Positions 45,311-59,369 are shown, counted from the stretch's first letter. The stretch: 64,000 nt of DNA from Eledone cirrhosa (GCA_964016885.1 OZ024741.1:30814001-30878000); one strand, 5' to 3'. Program-made: numbers and translations. Notes: generated from the sequence alone by a model not told the origin.

Positions 45311-47122
45311 AAATATTCTTTATATTAAAGACCAAAATTTCCCTTAATTTAAGGCATAATTTATTCAGTTGCTGCAGACATAGATTGAACTCAACGTTTA
45401 AATATAAATATAAATTTAAAATCTAGTATAATTAATTAAGTAATTTGGTTAATATATAAAACCTGTCGATAAATCATTAGATTCCTTCACCTTTTTCATT
45501 TTCTTTGGTTAAGTACTCAAGTATAAATTGTCTTCCTAAATATAAATATAAATATAATAAACTATTCTAGAAAGGTTTATCCTTTCAATATCTTGAATAA
45601 AATATACGTAAGATATATTTCTATACTAAATATATTAAACATATTATTTTAGCTTAAAATATTCTATAATATTTTAAAATATTTTAATATGTTGATAAGT
45701 GTAGAATCCTTGTTTTTTAAGTTATATTGATATAATATTTTATTTATTTTTTATTAGGTTGTTTTTATTCTGATAGCTTCTCATAATTTTCAAAAGTTTA
45801 TCCTTCAATATCTTGATTAAAATATACATAAGATAAATGTCTATACTAAATCTATTAAACATATTATTTTAACTTAAAATATTCTATATTTTAAAATATT
45901 TTAATATTTTGATATTTGTAGAATTCGTTTGTCTTTTAAGTTATATTGATATAATTATATTTCCAAAATATAATCCTTTTGTATTTTATATACTCACTTG
46001 TACTATGTAATATATTGATGTATACTTATCTCTATACGACTATGTATCTATATATGTGTATTAACATACATATACATGTGTTATATGCTTTTTTATGAGT
46101 ATATGTCTGTCTGTATATATGCATGAGTGACGCGTGTCTACCAATTGGGTGAATATGCACACACATATTTATATATGTATATCTAAGAATTGTGTGTGTA
46201 CATGTACATGCTTACCCATGCAGTTTTGATTGCAGATATACATAATTTAACAGCCATAAATGCATGAAAGTTAATCCTATATATTTATATATATATACTA
46301 AAAATGTTTATTTAATAACACAAGGAATGTATAGAAGTAATAAAAAAAATCACTTATGCTTTGTATGTATATATTATATGCGGGAGTAGATATAATGTTT
46401 ATTTTTTTAGTGTGTGTGTATATATATATATTTATGTATCTTTGCCTATATGTACGTGCTATACGATAGGTGATTTCTCTAGCAATATATATATTTTGTA
46501 ATGTTTAAATTCCAATTTTTAATATATTGATCTCAATTTTTAAACTAAATATCTAATCATAATTAAACAATGATTAATTTCTCATATTATATATGTATAT
46601 TCCATTCATGAATATTAATATTTCTAATTTTATGTATTCATTTCATCTCAATTGTTAACTCAACAATATGACATGACTTAAGATTTTCGTTCTCTCCCCC
46701 TCTCTCTATCTCTATATTTCTCTCTCTTGAGTTTTTTCTCTCTGTCTGGTGGTTTCATATCTCTCTGTTGTTTTCCTCTGTTTTCTTTTTTTTTCTTTTT
46801 TTTCTTCTTTTTTTCTTCTTTTTTTCTTCTTTTTTTCTTTTTTTTTCTTTTTTCTTTTTCTTTTTTCTTTTTTCTTTTTCTTTTTTTCTTCTTTTTTCTT
46901 TTTTTTTTCTTTTTCTTTTTTCCCTTTTTCTTTTTTCTTTCCTCTTTTTCTTTATTTATCTCGCCCTTTCTTTTCTCTACGTTTCTCTCTCTCCGTCTTT
47001 TTACTTATCCTTAACACAACGACTTACTAAAATAACAAACCACTATCCTGATGTCTTCCAAAAGTAACGGTCGCATTTTGAAATGGTACGTCAATGTTTA
47101 TTTATAAAACTGGTATATATTG

Positions 47123-47181
47123 TATTATGTCTGATGAAGCCATACCATAATTTAACTTGGTATCCTTGAAATATGTATAAT
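47123..47181 (+). ncRNA. hammerhead-like motif at the PLE 3' end (imperfect stem I)
   Basis: CTGATGA agccatacca taatttaact tggtatcctt GAAA tatg TA. The mirror copy at about 41609-41667 has aggcatacca. Stem I pairing is not convincing. Confidence 0.5.
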
Positions 47182-47304
47182 GAAATAAATATGGTTTTAT
47201 AAATATAGTTTCCATCGTATATCTACTCCAAATACTTGTCGAGTGCTTTATATCAGTTATAAAAATATTTGCTTGTTGTATCCCAACAATTTAAATAGAA
47301 CTTT

Positions 47305-47544
<240 letters not shown>

Positions 47545-49594
47545 AGGAACGTATGTATGTCTATGCATGCATGTATTCTAGAATATCTGTATTCGAAAGT
47601 TCGAAATAAGCACATTATATAGAACTCCATTCAACATCCTACCTCGGTACTGAAATAAATTTCCATATCAACTTCTCCTTCTCTAGTTGTATGAAAATGC
47701 GGTAAGTAAATGCATTACTTTCTACTTCCAACTGGGAATTATTTTCGCAAATTTAATACATAGCACTTTGTCTTGAAATTATGTCCCTCTCCCTCTCGTT
47801 AAATTACAAATTTAAGTTTACATTTAAAAGAGCAAGAATAAACTAACGTTTGTGCACTATTCTGATAAGATCCAACGCTTTCGAAATGAACGTTTGTAGT
47901 GGAAACACGTATCGTTTTAAATACTTTAGTTCCACATATCTCGTTTAAATCGTGTTCTAGTAAATACGAGTGAGCATACCTATACGTAAAAGAATATTTG
48001 AATGAAATTGTAAATTAATTATAATGAAGCTTTTTTGAACATTTTGCTTTCGACCATCTTTCATCAATTCAATCTAGGTTAATGCTAACATCATATCATA
48101 ATAACTATAAATCTAAAGCAAAAAGAAATATAAATTTCTACACACTTTGGATATATACAAAACTAATACGATTGTAGTAAAGACATAAACTAAAGGAAAT
48201 ACTTTTAATGGTACTTCTTTTCTTGCCGGGACAATTAAAATTGTAAATTGAAAACAATCACCCCAGTTTATTGGAAAACCAAGCGTGCCCCCCCCCCCCC
48301 CCCTACTGACCACCTCGGAACCGAAGTTGATTGTTACATCTATAATTCTATAATTTCTTTCTATTTGCTGCCATGTGAAAGCAGGAATTTTAAGTTAATT
48401 TTGGTTGTTCACTTCTCGACTGGGAATCTAATACACTGTACCCATCTCTCGGTATGTCGAAACTAAAACTGCGACTTTATTGTATAAACAAAGAAAAATC
48501 TTATTATTTTAAATACCATTTGTTTCCAGATATTGCTTAAATCTTGTTCTACTTAAAATAAATATGCGTAAAAGTGAAAACAGGAAAACTATATAAGGCA
48601 GTAATTAACCGCTTTCTTTCTTCATAAAGATTTGATTTCAGTAGTCAACCAATTTATATACCATTAACTGATCTCAATTTGAAATTAAAAGGTAAATTTG
48701 TTTAACCCTTTTGTGGATACCAGCCACTTAAAACCCTCTTTGGTTCCCCTACTTTGCTCAAATTGTTTTTCCAGAACAAAATAGAAATTTTAGTTACAAT
48801 TGTATAAATTTATAGTAGAATAACATGGTAAATATGTACCAATTAGAATAAGGCATTCTTCAATATTTAAATCCTGATGTTTTGTCATCAATTTCTGATG
48901 GTTGCCTGATGGTTGCCTGAGGGTTGCCTGATGGATTGGAATGTTAAACATCGTAGTGTGACGACGAATCTAAAGTAAAAGAAAATGTATTTAGTAGTCA
49001 ATTTGGAGACGCAGCTATTGATACTTTAGTCGTAAATACAGTAAATTAAGTGGAGATTTCTTTCATAGATATGACAAACCTATTGTTGCTGAAAGCTCAT
49101 AGAGAGTACGCATGAATTTTTTAGCAGCAAGGCCTATATGATGGCCAACAATAGGATCTGAGCAAAAATAACAAATATTGTTACAGAAGAACTGGAGCAA
49201 AGAATGTGATTATCTAATGTTAACCACCATTCTTGTTTTTAATTGTAAGACCTTAGTTTTGTTACAGTGCGCTATGTTATGGATATAAACGGGTGCACTG
49301 GACTGAAAAATGTAAGATGTAAGTAAATTGAAACTGATCCCGCTTACCGATACAGTCCGAACCAAATGTGAAATTTCTCGTATATATATTTCCACTGATT
49401 TATCATTTTTAATAAACTTTTATAGCATAGCATAGACACCGATTACTAGGTGAGTTATATTTTAGTCTCTCACCACAAAACAAATAGTAAACTCTCATTT
49501 AAATGTTCGCTCTACAGTGTGTGTGTGTGACAGGTCACACCTCAGCAGGTTTAGCTAGCCTCCTCTAAGGTATATCTCGTTGGAGGTGTCTTGG

Positions 49595-49771
49595 GTGATT
49601 TAATGATAGGGACCACAGTCCTATCATCTCATTTCTACAGCTAAGTAAACTGGAGCAACGTGCAATAAAGTGTCTTGCTCAAGGAAACAACACATCACCC
49701 GGTCTGAGAATTGAACTCACAACCTTTCCATTGCAAACCCAATGGTCTAACCACTAAGCCATGCGCCTTCA
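49595..49771 (-). mobile_element. SINE family 2
   Basis: Reverse complement of gaaggcgcatggcttagtggttag...tccttgagcaagacacttta...gttgctccag. Confidence 0.82.
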
Positions 49772-50015
49772 CAACCATTTTATCTGTTTAACATTAAGCG
49801 ATATAATCTTTGCATTCGTGAGTTTTATATCGAATAATAATATTCGATTCATATACAAGAAAACAGCCTCATTCCGCTGTGTTTTAGATGACCATCGCCC
49901 TAAGAAAAAAACAACTGTCACTGCTAGAACAAAGGATGATGATGGTTGTCTAAAACACATAGATCATTGAGGCTGTGTGCTTGCAAACGAATCGCATATC
50001 ATTATTATTCTATAT

Positions 50016-50612
50016 GGGCGGTGGATTGGCAGTATTGGTAGAGGGTCGGACGCCATGCTTTGACACATTGAGTTACGGCCCTTGCCATTCTGAGTTCAAA
50101 TCCCGCCGAGGTTAACTTTGCCTATCATGCCTACGGGGTCGATAAAATAAAGTAACAGTAATGCACTGGGTAATTGCTGGCCTTGTGCCAAAAGTAGAAA
50201 CAATTATTATTCTATATGGGCGGTGTATTGGCAGTATTGGTAGAGGGTCGGACGCCATGCTTTACAGCAACGAGTTACCACCCTTTATCGTCTGAGTTCA
50301 AATCTCGCCGAGGTTAACTTTGTCTTTCATCCTTGCGGGGTCGATAAAATAAAAGTACCAGTAATACACTGGGATAATTGCTGACCTTTTGGCAAAAGTA
50401 GAAACAATCATTATTCTATATGGGTGGTGTATTGGCAGTATCGGTAGAGGGTCGGACGCCATGCTTTACAGCAAAGAGTTACGGCCCTTTATGGTCTGAG
50501 TTCAAATCACGCCTAGGTTAACTTTGCCTTTCATCCTTGCGGGATCGATATAATAAAGTACCAGTAATGCACTGGAATAATTGCTGGCCTTGTGCCAAAA
50601 GTAGGACCATCA
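50016..50612 (+). mobile_element. three tandem full-length SINE family 1 copies (period about 203 bp)
   Basis: Heads at 50016, 50218 and 50422, each preceded by attattctatat. Confidence 0.92.
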
Positions 50613-51616
50613 TTATTATTCAATATGAAGCTCAAGAATGAATTTCCATATCCGCTATGTTAAAGCAAAACTAATTTTGCTTTTGATATAATCTTTAAAA
50701 ATTTAAAACATATTTTAAATTTGCTTTACAATTTCGTATACACCTTTCATGTTTAAATATCTTAAATAATTTATTTGTTAATGTTTATTAACAAGAATTT
50801 GTATGATATAATTACTAAATACTTTTTCTTTAATTTATATATCATTAGAGCTATTCCGATATCAACAATTACTCACTAGAAGATGACAATAATTAAGTTT
50901 CTGATTATAGTAATGCTATAGCTGTTAAGTATTCTCAATTTATTAACCTACATTTCATTAAACGTAAATCCTACAATTCTTCCTCATCTAATAACCCGAT
51001 AATTCTCATTAAACTGTTGTGATGATTTTGATGATAATAATATAAATAATCACTAACTACTCTGTCTCCTTTTAATTCATTCACTAATTCATTGAGAAAT
51101 TTATTTATCTTCGTATGTACTCATTTAATTATCTATTTTCACACATATTTTTCGTTTACTTCCCTTGATATTTTGTGCTTTGATTATAAATTTTCTGTTC
51201 TTTAAATACTTTTTCTCCTATTTTCATTAAATTGAAATTAAACAGATAATCTCAATATAATGGTTAAGTATTTTCCTCTGAATGATGGTGATAATAGTAA
51301 CATGGGTGATGTATTTTATGATGCTGACGACGACGATGATTTTAGCTACACAAATTATTACTAACTTACAAACTGCTCTTAAACGTATGTATCACATTTT
51401 TATTTAAATATTTTATTTATATAATTATTTCATGTAAAGTCGTCTGCTCTCCTGTATCCTCTCTCCATCATCTCTCTTTTCATCTCTGTATCTTTCTGAA
51501 AGTAGATAACCAGTTATAATTAAATTACTTTGGCAGGCCTTTCTTTATTTCAACAAATTTATCAACGAACAGAAGTGTACAATAAAGAATATATTTCTAT
51601 AGAGTGTTACAGTAAT

Positions 51617-51808
51617 ATAATTGTTTCTACTTTTGGCACAAGGCCAGCAAATACCCAGTGTATTACTGGTACTTTATTTTATCGACACCGTAAGGATGAA
51701 AGGCAAAGTTAACCTTGGCGGGATTTGAACTGAGAATGGCAAGGGCCGTAACTCTATGCGTCAAAGCATGGCGTCCGACCCTCTACCGATACTCCCAATC
51801 CAATGCCT
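51617..51808 (-). mobile_element. SINE family 1
   Basis: Reverse complement of the 50016 unit. Confidence 0.88.
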
Positions 51809-51899
51809 TTAATGGTTGGGAAAAATGAAAAAAATAAGTAATGAGAAAGAGTAAAGTGAGAAGGGAGACTATTTTACACATTTCCCAGAGTTGGAATAG

Positions 51900-52720
51900 C
51901 TTCCGGGACAAGATGGTAAACGCATCACCACGGAGAACAGCCAAAGATATGCACCGAACTAGCCATTCCAGTCCATTTCTCCCATAAACGCGGGCCTCAC
52001 GATTTTATGAAGGACAACATCAGTTTGAAAATAGGGAACATCGGATGTCTCCACTGAAACTGGTACAAAAATAAAGTGGTCACTCAAATCCCGGTAATAT
52101 TTTATCTTTCGCTCTTGTGTTACTTGCTGTTGAATCTAGGTCTGTGGCTGATAGGATTGAACCAGAGGTGCCATAGCATCTAGCGTCCCGGACTAAGGAT
52201 TTACCCATCTTGAAGGGAAACAGTGTTATCTCGCCTGGGCGCTTACTGTTAAATTGGCAGGCATGAGTTTTGAAACCATCAACGTCAAGGCTTCTTAGAT
52301 AACGTCGTTTAAATCGGCTTGTATAAGAAATCGCCCAACATTGTGATGACGAGGGAGCAGATATATTTCACTCCCGTCGATTATGATTCCACAACGGTAT
52401 TTGTGGCTCTCACACACGCCGTAGTCTAGGCGTAGGGACACTCAGGTACGGGTGCATTCTTTATTAAAATAGGGGCCAATTAGCTGCGACCGAGGGTAGG
52501 CCAGGTTTTCTTGGTCCAGGGATGACTCACTACCTGTGCAAGTTGAACTGCAATTGATAATCATTCCAGTTGCATATGTATCTGGCATACTGGAGGACAG
52601 TGAGACTATCCTCACCCCAGCGGAGCAGACATGACTCGTCTTCATAATTCATGCTGGGTTCCGGCATTTTGCAGAAAAACTCATTAATATAGTATATGAA
52701 GATGATGAATAACAGATAGG
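51900..52720 (-). pseudogene. possible highly decayed L1/Tx1-like endonuclease remnant
   Basis: Minus-strand fragments ACVRATN (YAPN-like), FLIQADLNDV (GDFN-like) and DLSDHF, in the expected order. Confidence 0.33.
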
Positions 52721-53264
52721 TAGGCAGTGTTGTATCTGATCTTGAACGGAGGCCAGGCCAAGGCCACAGAATTATATGGGAAGTTTTGCTAGTTGCCAAC
52801 TGATGTCGTGGAAACATATTTTAAATCATTTCGGGGTATCGACGGATGGTTACATCATGTTTGCAGTGGTGTGGTGCCATCGGATGATGACATGTCGCAT
52901 GATGTCAACCACACACTATTTATAAGTAAGTAATACTATAACTGATTTTCCTCATGTACGCTTTTATCATCTTCTGTACAACCAGAGTTTATAACAAATA
53001 AATATAACTACGTTAAATTTGCGTACATCCCCTTAATTCCCACCAACCACCGGGATTTTAAAATATCCTATGATAGCTATGTCTACCTACAGTTACGGAA
53101 ACACAGTCTGTCTACTGTAACAGGTAAAACAATAAAAAAGAGTAATGTTGGTAATGTCACCGACACACTATCAAGTATAGTCAACTTTTGCTGCTCTAGT
53201 CAATATATTAAAGGGATTGTAACAGCTTATGGGGTGGGGGTGAAATTAGAGTAGATTACACACA

Positions 53265-53314
<50 letters not shown>

Positions 53315-54176
53315 TACACTATTATACACATTGGCTCAAACACGCACATATGTGAACAAGCCCACACTGGCATTCAGACTGACAGATGCAGATGACTCTA
53401 TAGTCATATCTATAATTTAATCAGAAAGGAGTGTTCGTTTTAATGTGACAATTAAAGGCATATTTAATTATTTTTACACCAGACAGACGTGAATTCTTCT
53501 AGGAGTTTCTTGTAACTTTGATATTAATTTACATGCAATTTTCAGTAGGTGAGTGTGTTGTTAAGGCAATGGTAGTATATAAACGTGTGCGTGCGTCTGT
53601 GTATATATGTGCAAATGTTGTGTGAGTTTGTTTTTTTTTCCTATTATATTACTAAAAATATTTTTAGTTATTTTCTATCATGTAATTACTATATTATTTA
53701 TGAAAATATTATGAATGAACCAAAATTTCCCTCTTCATTATTACTCGTTAGTAGTCTGAGGTTTGTTTTTATTTATTATTTTCTCTGAATTTCTTTTTTT
53801 TTTTTATTTATCTTGTCACAGACAAAAATTAGAGAGAAAATGAAAGAGGACAAGTTTAAAAGATGAGTTGCAATTAGGATTATTTGTGTGATGTAGTGAA
53901 TATGTGAGAGAGCTGGTATATGTAAGAAAATAGGGAAGTATTAAACGATCTCTTATATGCTTTATTTGCTAACCCTTATGTATAGAACTCTATAGGTTTT
54001 GAATATTCTCAAACATGCAGTAGATTACGCTCTTTCCACAAAACAAAGTTCGTTTTGCTTCGATGGGATATTCATATCTATACTGCATTTAGTTCTAATA
54101 ATGTTATAAATTCTAATTTAATCGACTAGAATATATCTATATATCTATATATATGTATGTATATATATATGTATGT

Positions 54177-54210
<34 letters not shown>

Positions 54211-54383
54211 GTATATATATGTATGTATGTATATATATGTATATATATATGTATGTATATATGTGTGTGTGTGTGTGTATCTGTGTAGATATGTGTATTT
54301 GTATATCTAGCGGTATACGGTATGTTTGCTGATAAAAATTTGAAGGCGTTTTAGCTATGGTTTCCAACAGTAGCAGGAGTGGG

Positions 54384-54437
<54 letters not shown>

Positions 54438-54439
<2 letters not shown>

Positions 54440-54510
54440 ATAATAATAAATTTGAAGACTAAAATCCAAAGAGGGCTCGATAAGGATAAATCTGTTATTT
54501 TAATAAATAT
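54438..54510 (-). mobile_element. family E fragment
   Basis: tttgaagactaaaatccaaagagggctcgataaggataaa is the reverse complement of about 59530-59571. Confidence 0.7.
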
Positions 54511-54524
54511 ATATCTGTATATAT

Positions 54525-54988
54525 ATTAAAATTTGTGCTCTGGAATATCGATATATATATGAATGTATATATAGTGTATTATGCAATACACTGTATGCTT
54601 AATTAAAAGCATTTCGAAGACCTTACGCTATTGTTTTAGAGTAGTGACAGTCTCACTTACTTTAATTTTCAGCAAACAGGGGAGATAAAGCTGACAGAGC
54701 CCTGTTTTGCACTTTTTGGTTATTATCAAAGCTAAGTACTCCACCTGTTTGCTGATTATTACTAGAATTCTATAAGAATCAAACATTCATGATTTTCAGC
54801 TAACAGGCGGAGTACTTAGCTTTGATAAGGACCAAAAAGTGCGAAACAGAGCTCTGTCAGCTTTATCTCCCCTGTTTGCTTAAATTAAAGTAAGTGAGAC
54901 TGTCAATACTCTAAAACAATAGCGTAAGGTCTTCGAAATGCTTACAGTGTATTGCATACAGTGTATTGCAAAATACACTATATATACA

Positions 54989-54992
<4 letters not shown>
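54525..54992. mobile_element. family C element, inverted arrangement
   Basis: 54525-54753 matches 24045-24271. 54754-54992 is the reverse-complement unit. Confidence 0.85.
54818..54862 (+). ncRNA. family C hammerhead, U3-A8 core with intact GAAA
   Basis: agct TTGATAA ggac caaaaa gtgc GAAA C-agagctct-G TC agct. One mismatch in stem II. Confidence 0.7.
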
Positions 54993-55055
<63 letters not shown>

Positions 55056-55272
55056 GGTGTTGGATGCTTAAAGCGTCCGTAAGCGGTAGGCCGTTTGAGC
55101 ACTCGATGCTCTCAAAGAGCAGAGTATGATATCACAGAAAAAAAAGAGAATCAGTGTTGCGACGAATGGAATTTATTGGACATATTACAATCGTTTATCT
55201 GGCGACCAGCTTGAGGCACGATCGATGTGATGATCGAATTTGATTTTGAAAATCACAAGGTCCTCAGATATA

Positions 55273-57066
55273 TCTATATATATAATTCCCGTTCTGTGTG
55301 TGTGTGTAAAAGAGTTTCACTTGGAAAATATTCCATCGATCTCTGTCAAATTAAACACAGCCAAAATAGGCTACGGTTTGTAACATCAAGAAAAAATTAT
55401 TTCATAATGATTAATTTCGAAGTCACAAACTTCGATTTTATTATCTTATAGACTTTTGCACTAACAAATTCCATGACGGCCATAAAGAGAAAGAGAGCGT
55501 TCCTTTTACACACTTCTTAACTCTCCCCCTTCCACAACACGACGTTATGGGATTGTATGTGGATGTGGATGTGTATATGTGTGTGTATGTGTTTGTGTGT
55601 GTATGTGTGCGTGCATGTCTGTGTGTGTGTGTGTGTAATTTCCATAACGGCCAGAGAGAGAAGGATGTGTGAGAGGGAGATAGAACGAGAGGAGTGAGAG
55701 AGAGAGAGTAAAATAAAGAAAGAGAGGAGTGTGTGTGTGACGCGAATATGATAAATACAGCGTTTATAATTTTAACTTATTTATTACACTTCTTAACTCT
55801 CCAGCTTCCACAACGTCACGTCTGGGATTGTGTGCGTATGTGTGTGTGTGTATGTGTGTGTGTTTGTGTGTATGTGTGTGTATGTTTGTGTGTGTATGTG
55901 TTTGTGTGTGTGTGTACATGATGGATGTTTTAAAATACACATTGTTCAACCGACACGGCTAACGATACATTTCTCTATGTTCACATTTTAATGACACATA
56001 TCTGTAAATAAAACTTGCTCTTTTTGAATACCGTCTCATTTTTTTTATTGAAAGAGTTGATCAGGTAAAATTATCCTCCAAGTTAAACATACAACACGGA
56101 AATTGACCATTAACATTGCAGCCCTACCAAGAACTGACACCGTCCAATGGACGGGGGTCATTTGCTAGTCTATATATATAATTCCCGTTCTGTGTGTGTG
56201 TGTGTAAAATAGTTTCACTTGGAAAATATTCCATCGATCTCTGTCAAATTAAACACATAGCCAAAATAGGCTACCGTTTGTAACATCAAGAAAAAATTAT
56301 TTCATAATGATTAATTTCGAAGTCACAAACTTCGATTATATAATCTTATAGACTTTTGCACTAACAAATTCCATGACGGCCATAAAGAGAGAGAGACCGT
56401 TCTTTTTACACACTTCTTAACTCTCCCCCTTCCACAACACGACGTTATGGGATTGTATGTGTATGTGCGTGTGTATATGTGTGTGTATGTGTTTGTGTGT
56501 GTATGTGTGCGTGCATGTGTGTGTGTGTGTAATTTCCATAACGGCCAGAGAGAGAAGGATGTGTGAGAGGGAGATAGAAAGAGAGAAGTGAGAGAGAGAG
56601 AGAATAAAATAAAGAAAGAGAGGAGTGTGTGTGACGCGAATATGATAAATACAGCGTTTATAATTTTAACTTATTTATTACACTTCTTAACTCTCCCCAT
56701 TCCACAACGTCACGTCTTGGGATTGTGTGCGTAAGTGTGTGTGTGTATGTGTGTGTGTTTGTGTGTATGTGTGTGTATGTTTGTGTGTGTATGTGTTTGT
56801 GTGTGTGTGTACATGATGGCTGTTTTAAAATACACATTGTTCAACCGACACGGCTAACGATACATTTCTCTATGTTCACATTTTAATGACAGATATCTGT
56901 AAATAAAACTTGCTCTTTTTGAATACCGACTCATTTTTTTTTTTATTGAAAGAGTTGATCAGGTAAAATTATCCTCCAAGTTAAATATACAACACGGAAA
57001 TTTACCATTAACATTGCAGCCCTACCAAGAACTGACACCGTCCATTGGACGAGGGTCATTTGCTAG
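55273..57066 (+). mobile_element. two head-to-tail non-autonomous Helitron copies (55273-56168, 56169-57066)
   Basis: Each starts TCTATATATATAA and ends with the hairpin ccgtcc-aat-ggacgg followed by CTAG. The array sits between A and T with no TSD. Confidence 0.85.
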
Positions 57067-57206
57067 TATATATATATAAAAATATATAAATATATCCGTG
57101 TGTGACTGTAGTTATTTGTTTCTACAAGTTACCTTCTGCCATACACAAAACATGGTCCGGTTTGTGTCGTCCTGAAGGGAATACCTTGTTTATATGAATA
57201 TATATG

Positions 57207-57600
57207 TACCAAGAAACTCACTCAGATGGTGGATGGGTACTACACCAGAATACTGAGGATGGCTCTGAACATTAATTAGTATACACTGAGGATGAGAAAC
57301 TCAGAGCTGTATGGGAGCCTCCAAAAAGTCAGCTCAAAAGTGACACAGAGGAGACTGAGGTTAGCTGGACAAGCTCACCAGCATCCAGAGTTGACATTGC
57401 ACTTGCACTAAGTGCTCCTGTGGGAGCCTCTACATTGACACACTGGAAGAGGAAGACAAGGTTAACGTATGTTGATGCCCTAAGCACAGACACTGGTCTG
57501 TTGGAGACGCAGAACAAGGCAGCGTTAATGAGAGACAGAGACCGCTGGAGAGAACTCGTCCATGGATCTCTGGAATTTTACCCGCCCTAGATAGATAGAT
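57207..57600 (+). mobile_element. 5'-truncated RTE LINE (same family as 24960-28231) with (TAGA)n tail
   Basis: TKKLTQMVDGYYTRILRMALNIN..., ending ttttacccgccc-tagatagatagat. Confidence 0.9.
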
Positions 57601-58162
57601 GTACTTTACTTATCGACCCCGTAAGGATAAAAATCAAAGCTAACCTCGGCGGGATTTGAATTCAGAACGTAAAATACCGTAACTTTATGCCACAAATCAT
57701 GTTTTCCGACGCTCCACCGGTACTGACCACCCACCACCCGAATAGTATTTTTATTCATTTTTCGCACAAGGCCGGCAATTATTCCAGTGTATTACTGGTA
57801 CTTTATTTTATCAACCCTGTAAGGATGAAAAGCAGAACTAACCTCGGCGGGATTTAAACACATACCGCAAAGGGCCGTAACTCTCTTCTGAAAAGCATGG
57901 CGTCCGACCCTCTACCGATACTGTCAATCCACCGCCCTTATAATAATGGTTTCTTTTATGTGTACAAGGCCAGCAATTTTAGGGGAGGGGAAGGTCGATT
58001 ATATCGACCCCAGTGCGTGAATGGTACTTTATTTTATCGGCCCTGTAAGGATGAAAGGCAAAGTTAACCTCGGCAGGATTTGAACTCTGTTCATAATAGG
58101 CTGTAACTCTATGCTGCAAAGCATGGCGTGCGACTCTCTACCGATACTGTCAATCCACCGGC
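57601..58162 (-). mobile_element. three SINE family 1 copies
   Basis: Reverse-complement consensus motifs, with heads ending at about 57738, 57937 and 58160. Confidence 0.85.
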
Positions 58163-59322
58163 CTAAGAATACTAATAAAATTTGTTTAGTTAATAGATAA
58201 TTTCAAAGATAAAACGCAAGCATATGTCACTATAGATCAGAGAATTCATAGTGTAAGAGATGTATGAAAATAGAGACTACCAGATAATATCTTCAGCAAA
58301 ATGTACAAGACAGTTTATAGATAGTGCTGTTATTGTCTGTTTGTAACACAAAGGCTAAGTTATAGAGCAACCTGTGTTTAAATGTTATCAGATTGCAAAT
58401 GCCATAACGGTGAGGATAAGCGAATGTTCTAAGACAAAAAAAAGCAACTTTCTATTTAATAATTGATTGAATCGTGTAAATTTAATTTAGTGAAAATTCA
58501 TACTTTTATCAACAGCAATCGCTAACTCTTTAAAAGAAAACCAATGTCTTTAATGTCGAATGAAAGAAGAATACTTATATTTTGCTGATAAAAGTATATT
58601 GGATATTTATATGATATATATATATTTATTTTTACATGTAAGTGTATGTGTATCTTAGTGTGTTTGTATGTGTATACATAGTATGACACTCTAGAGGTAT
58701 TCTCACTACGACAAACAGATAGGTTGGTTGCTTTTGTATATACATATAGTCACATTGTATGTTCTGATCGTTTTATTCAACTTTTGTTACGGCCTGCTGT
58801 CTATGGTAAGCTCTCGGAGAAAACTATATCAATATACGACAGATGAACCTCTGACTAGTCATAGAAATATGTTGATGTGATGGAAGTTTTCTGTGAGATG
58901 AAAATAAATTGTATGTCAAAGAATTGAAAGTAAATGTTTAACATGATCTATCCAATATAATGAGTACTCTCAGCCTCTTTTATTGATAAATTAAATCACT
59001 TTTTGTGTATTGGGTGTTGTGTGCTTAGTTTACGCATTGTGTTGTGTGCTTAGTTTACGCAAACAAGATGGTGTAGGACAGAACAAAGGAGAAACACAAA
59101 ATAAAAACCTAGTCCCTGAGGAAGTAACAGAATGTGTGACTAAAGAGCTTTGACAATATATAAACACCAACCAACAAGCCAAACGGAAATTTGTAATAAA
59201 TTGAAATGAACATCAATAGGCGGATGTGTTTTTATTGGGAGCATGACCCTCCCACAGTACAACAATATATGTTTCAACGCAAGTTTTCAGATAAGAAATC
59301 TTGCAAAACAGATTCAAACACG

Positions 59323-59368
<46 letters not shown>

Positions 59369-59369
59369 C

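Larger units (their letters stand above)
41561..47219 (-). mobile_element. Naiad-type Penelope-like element with 1.9-kb inverted pLTR duplicate
   Basis: 41561-43453 is inverted relative to 45311-47219. The RT plus GIY-YIG ORF lies on the minus strand. TA-flanked. Confidence 0.92.

Noticed and set aside
50016-50110. tRNA gene
   Set aside because: It is the tRNA-derived head of a multi-copy SINE, with no intact cloverleaf.
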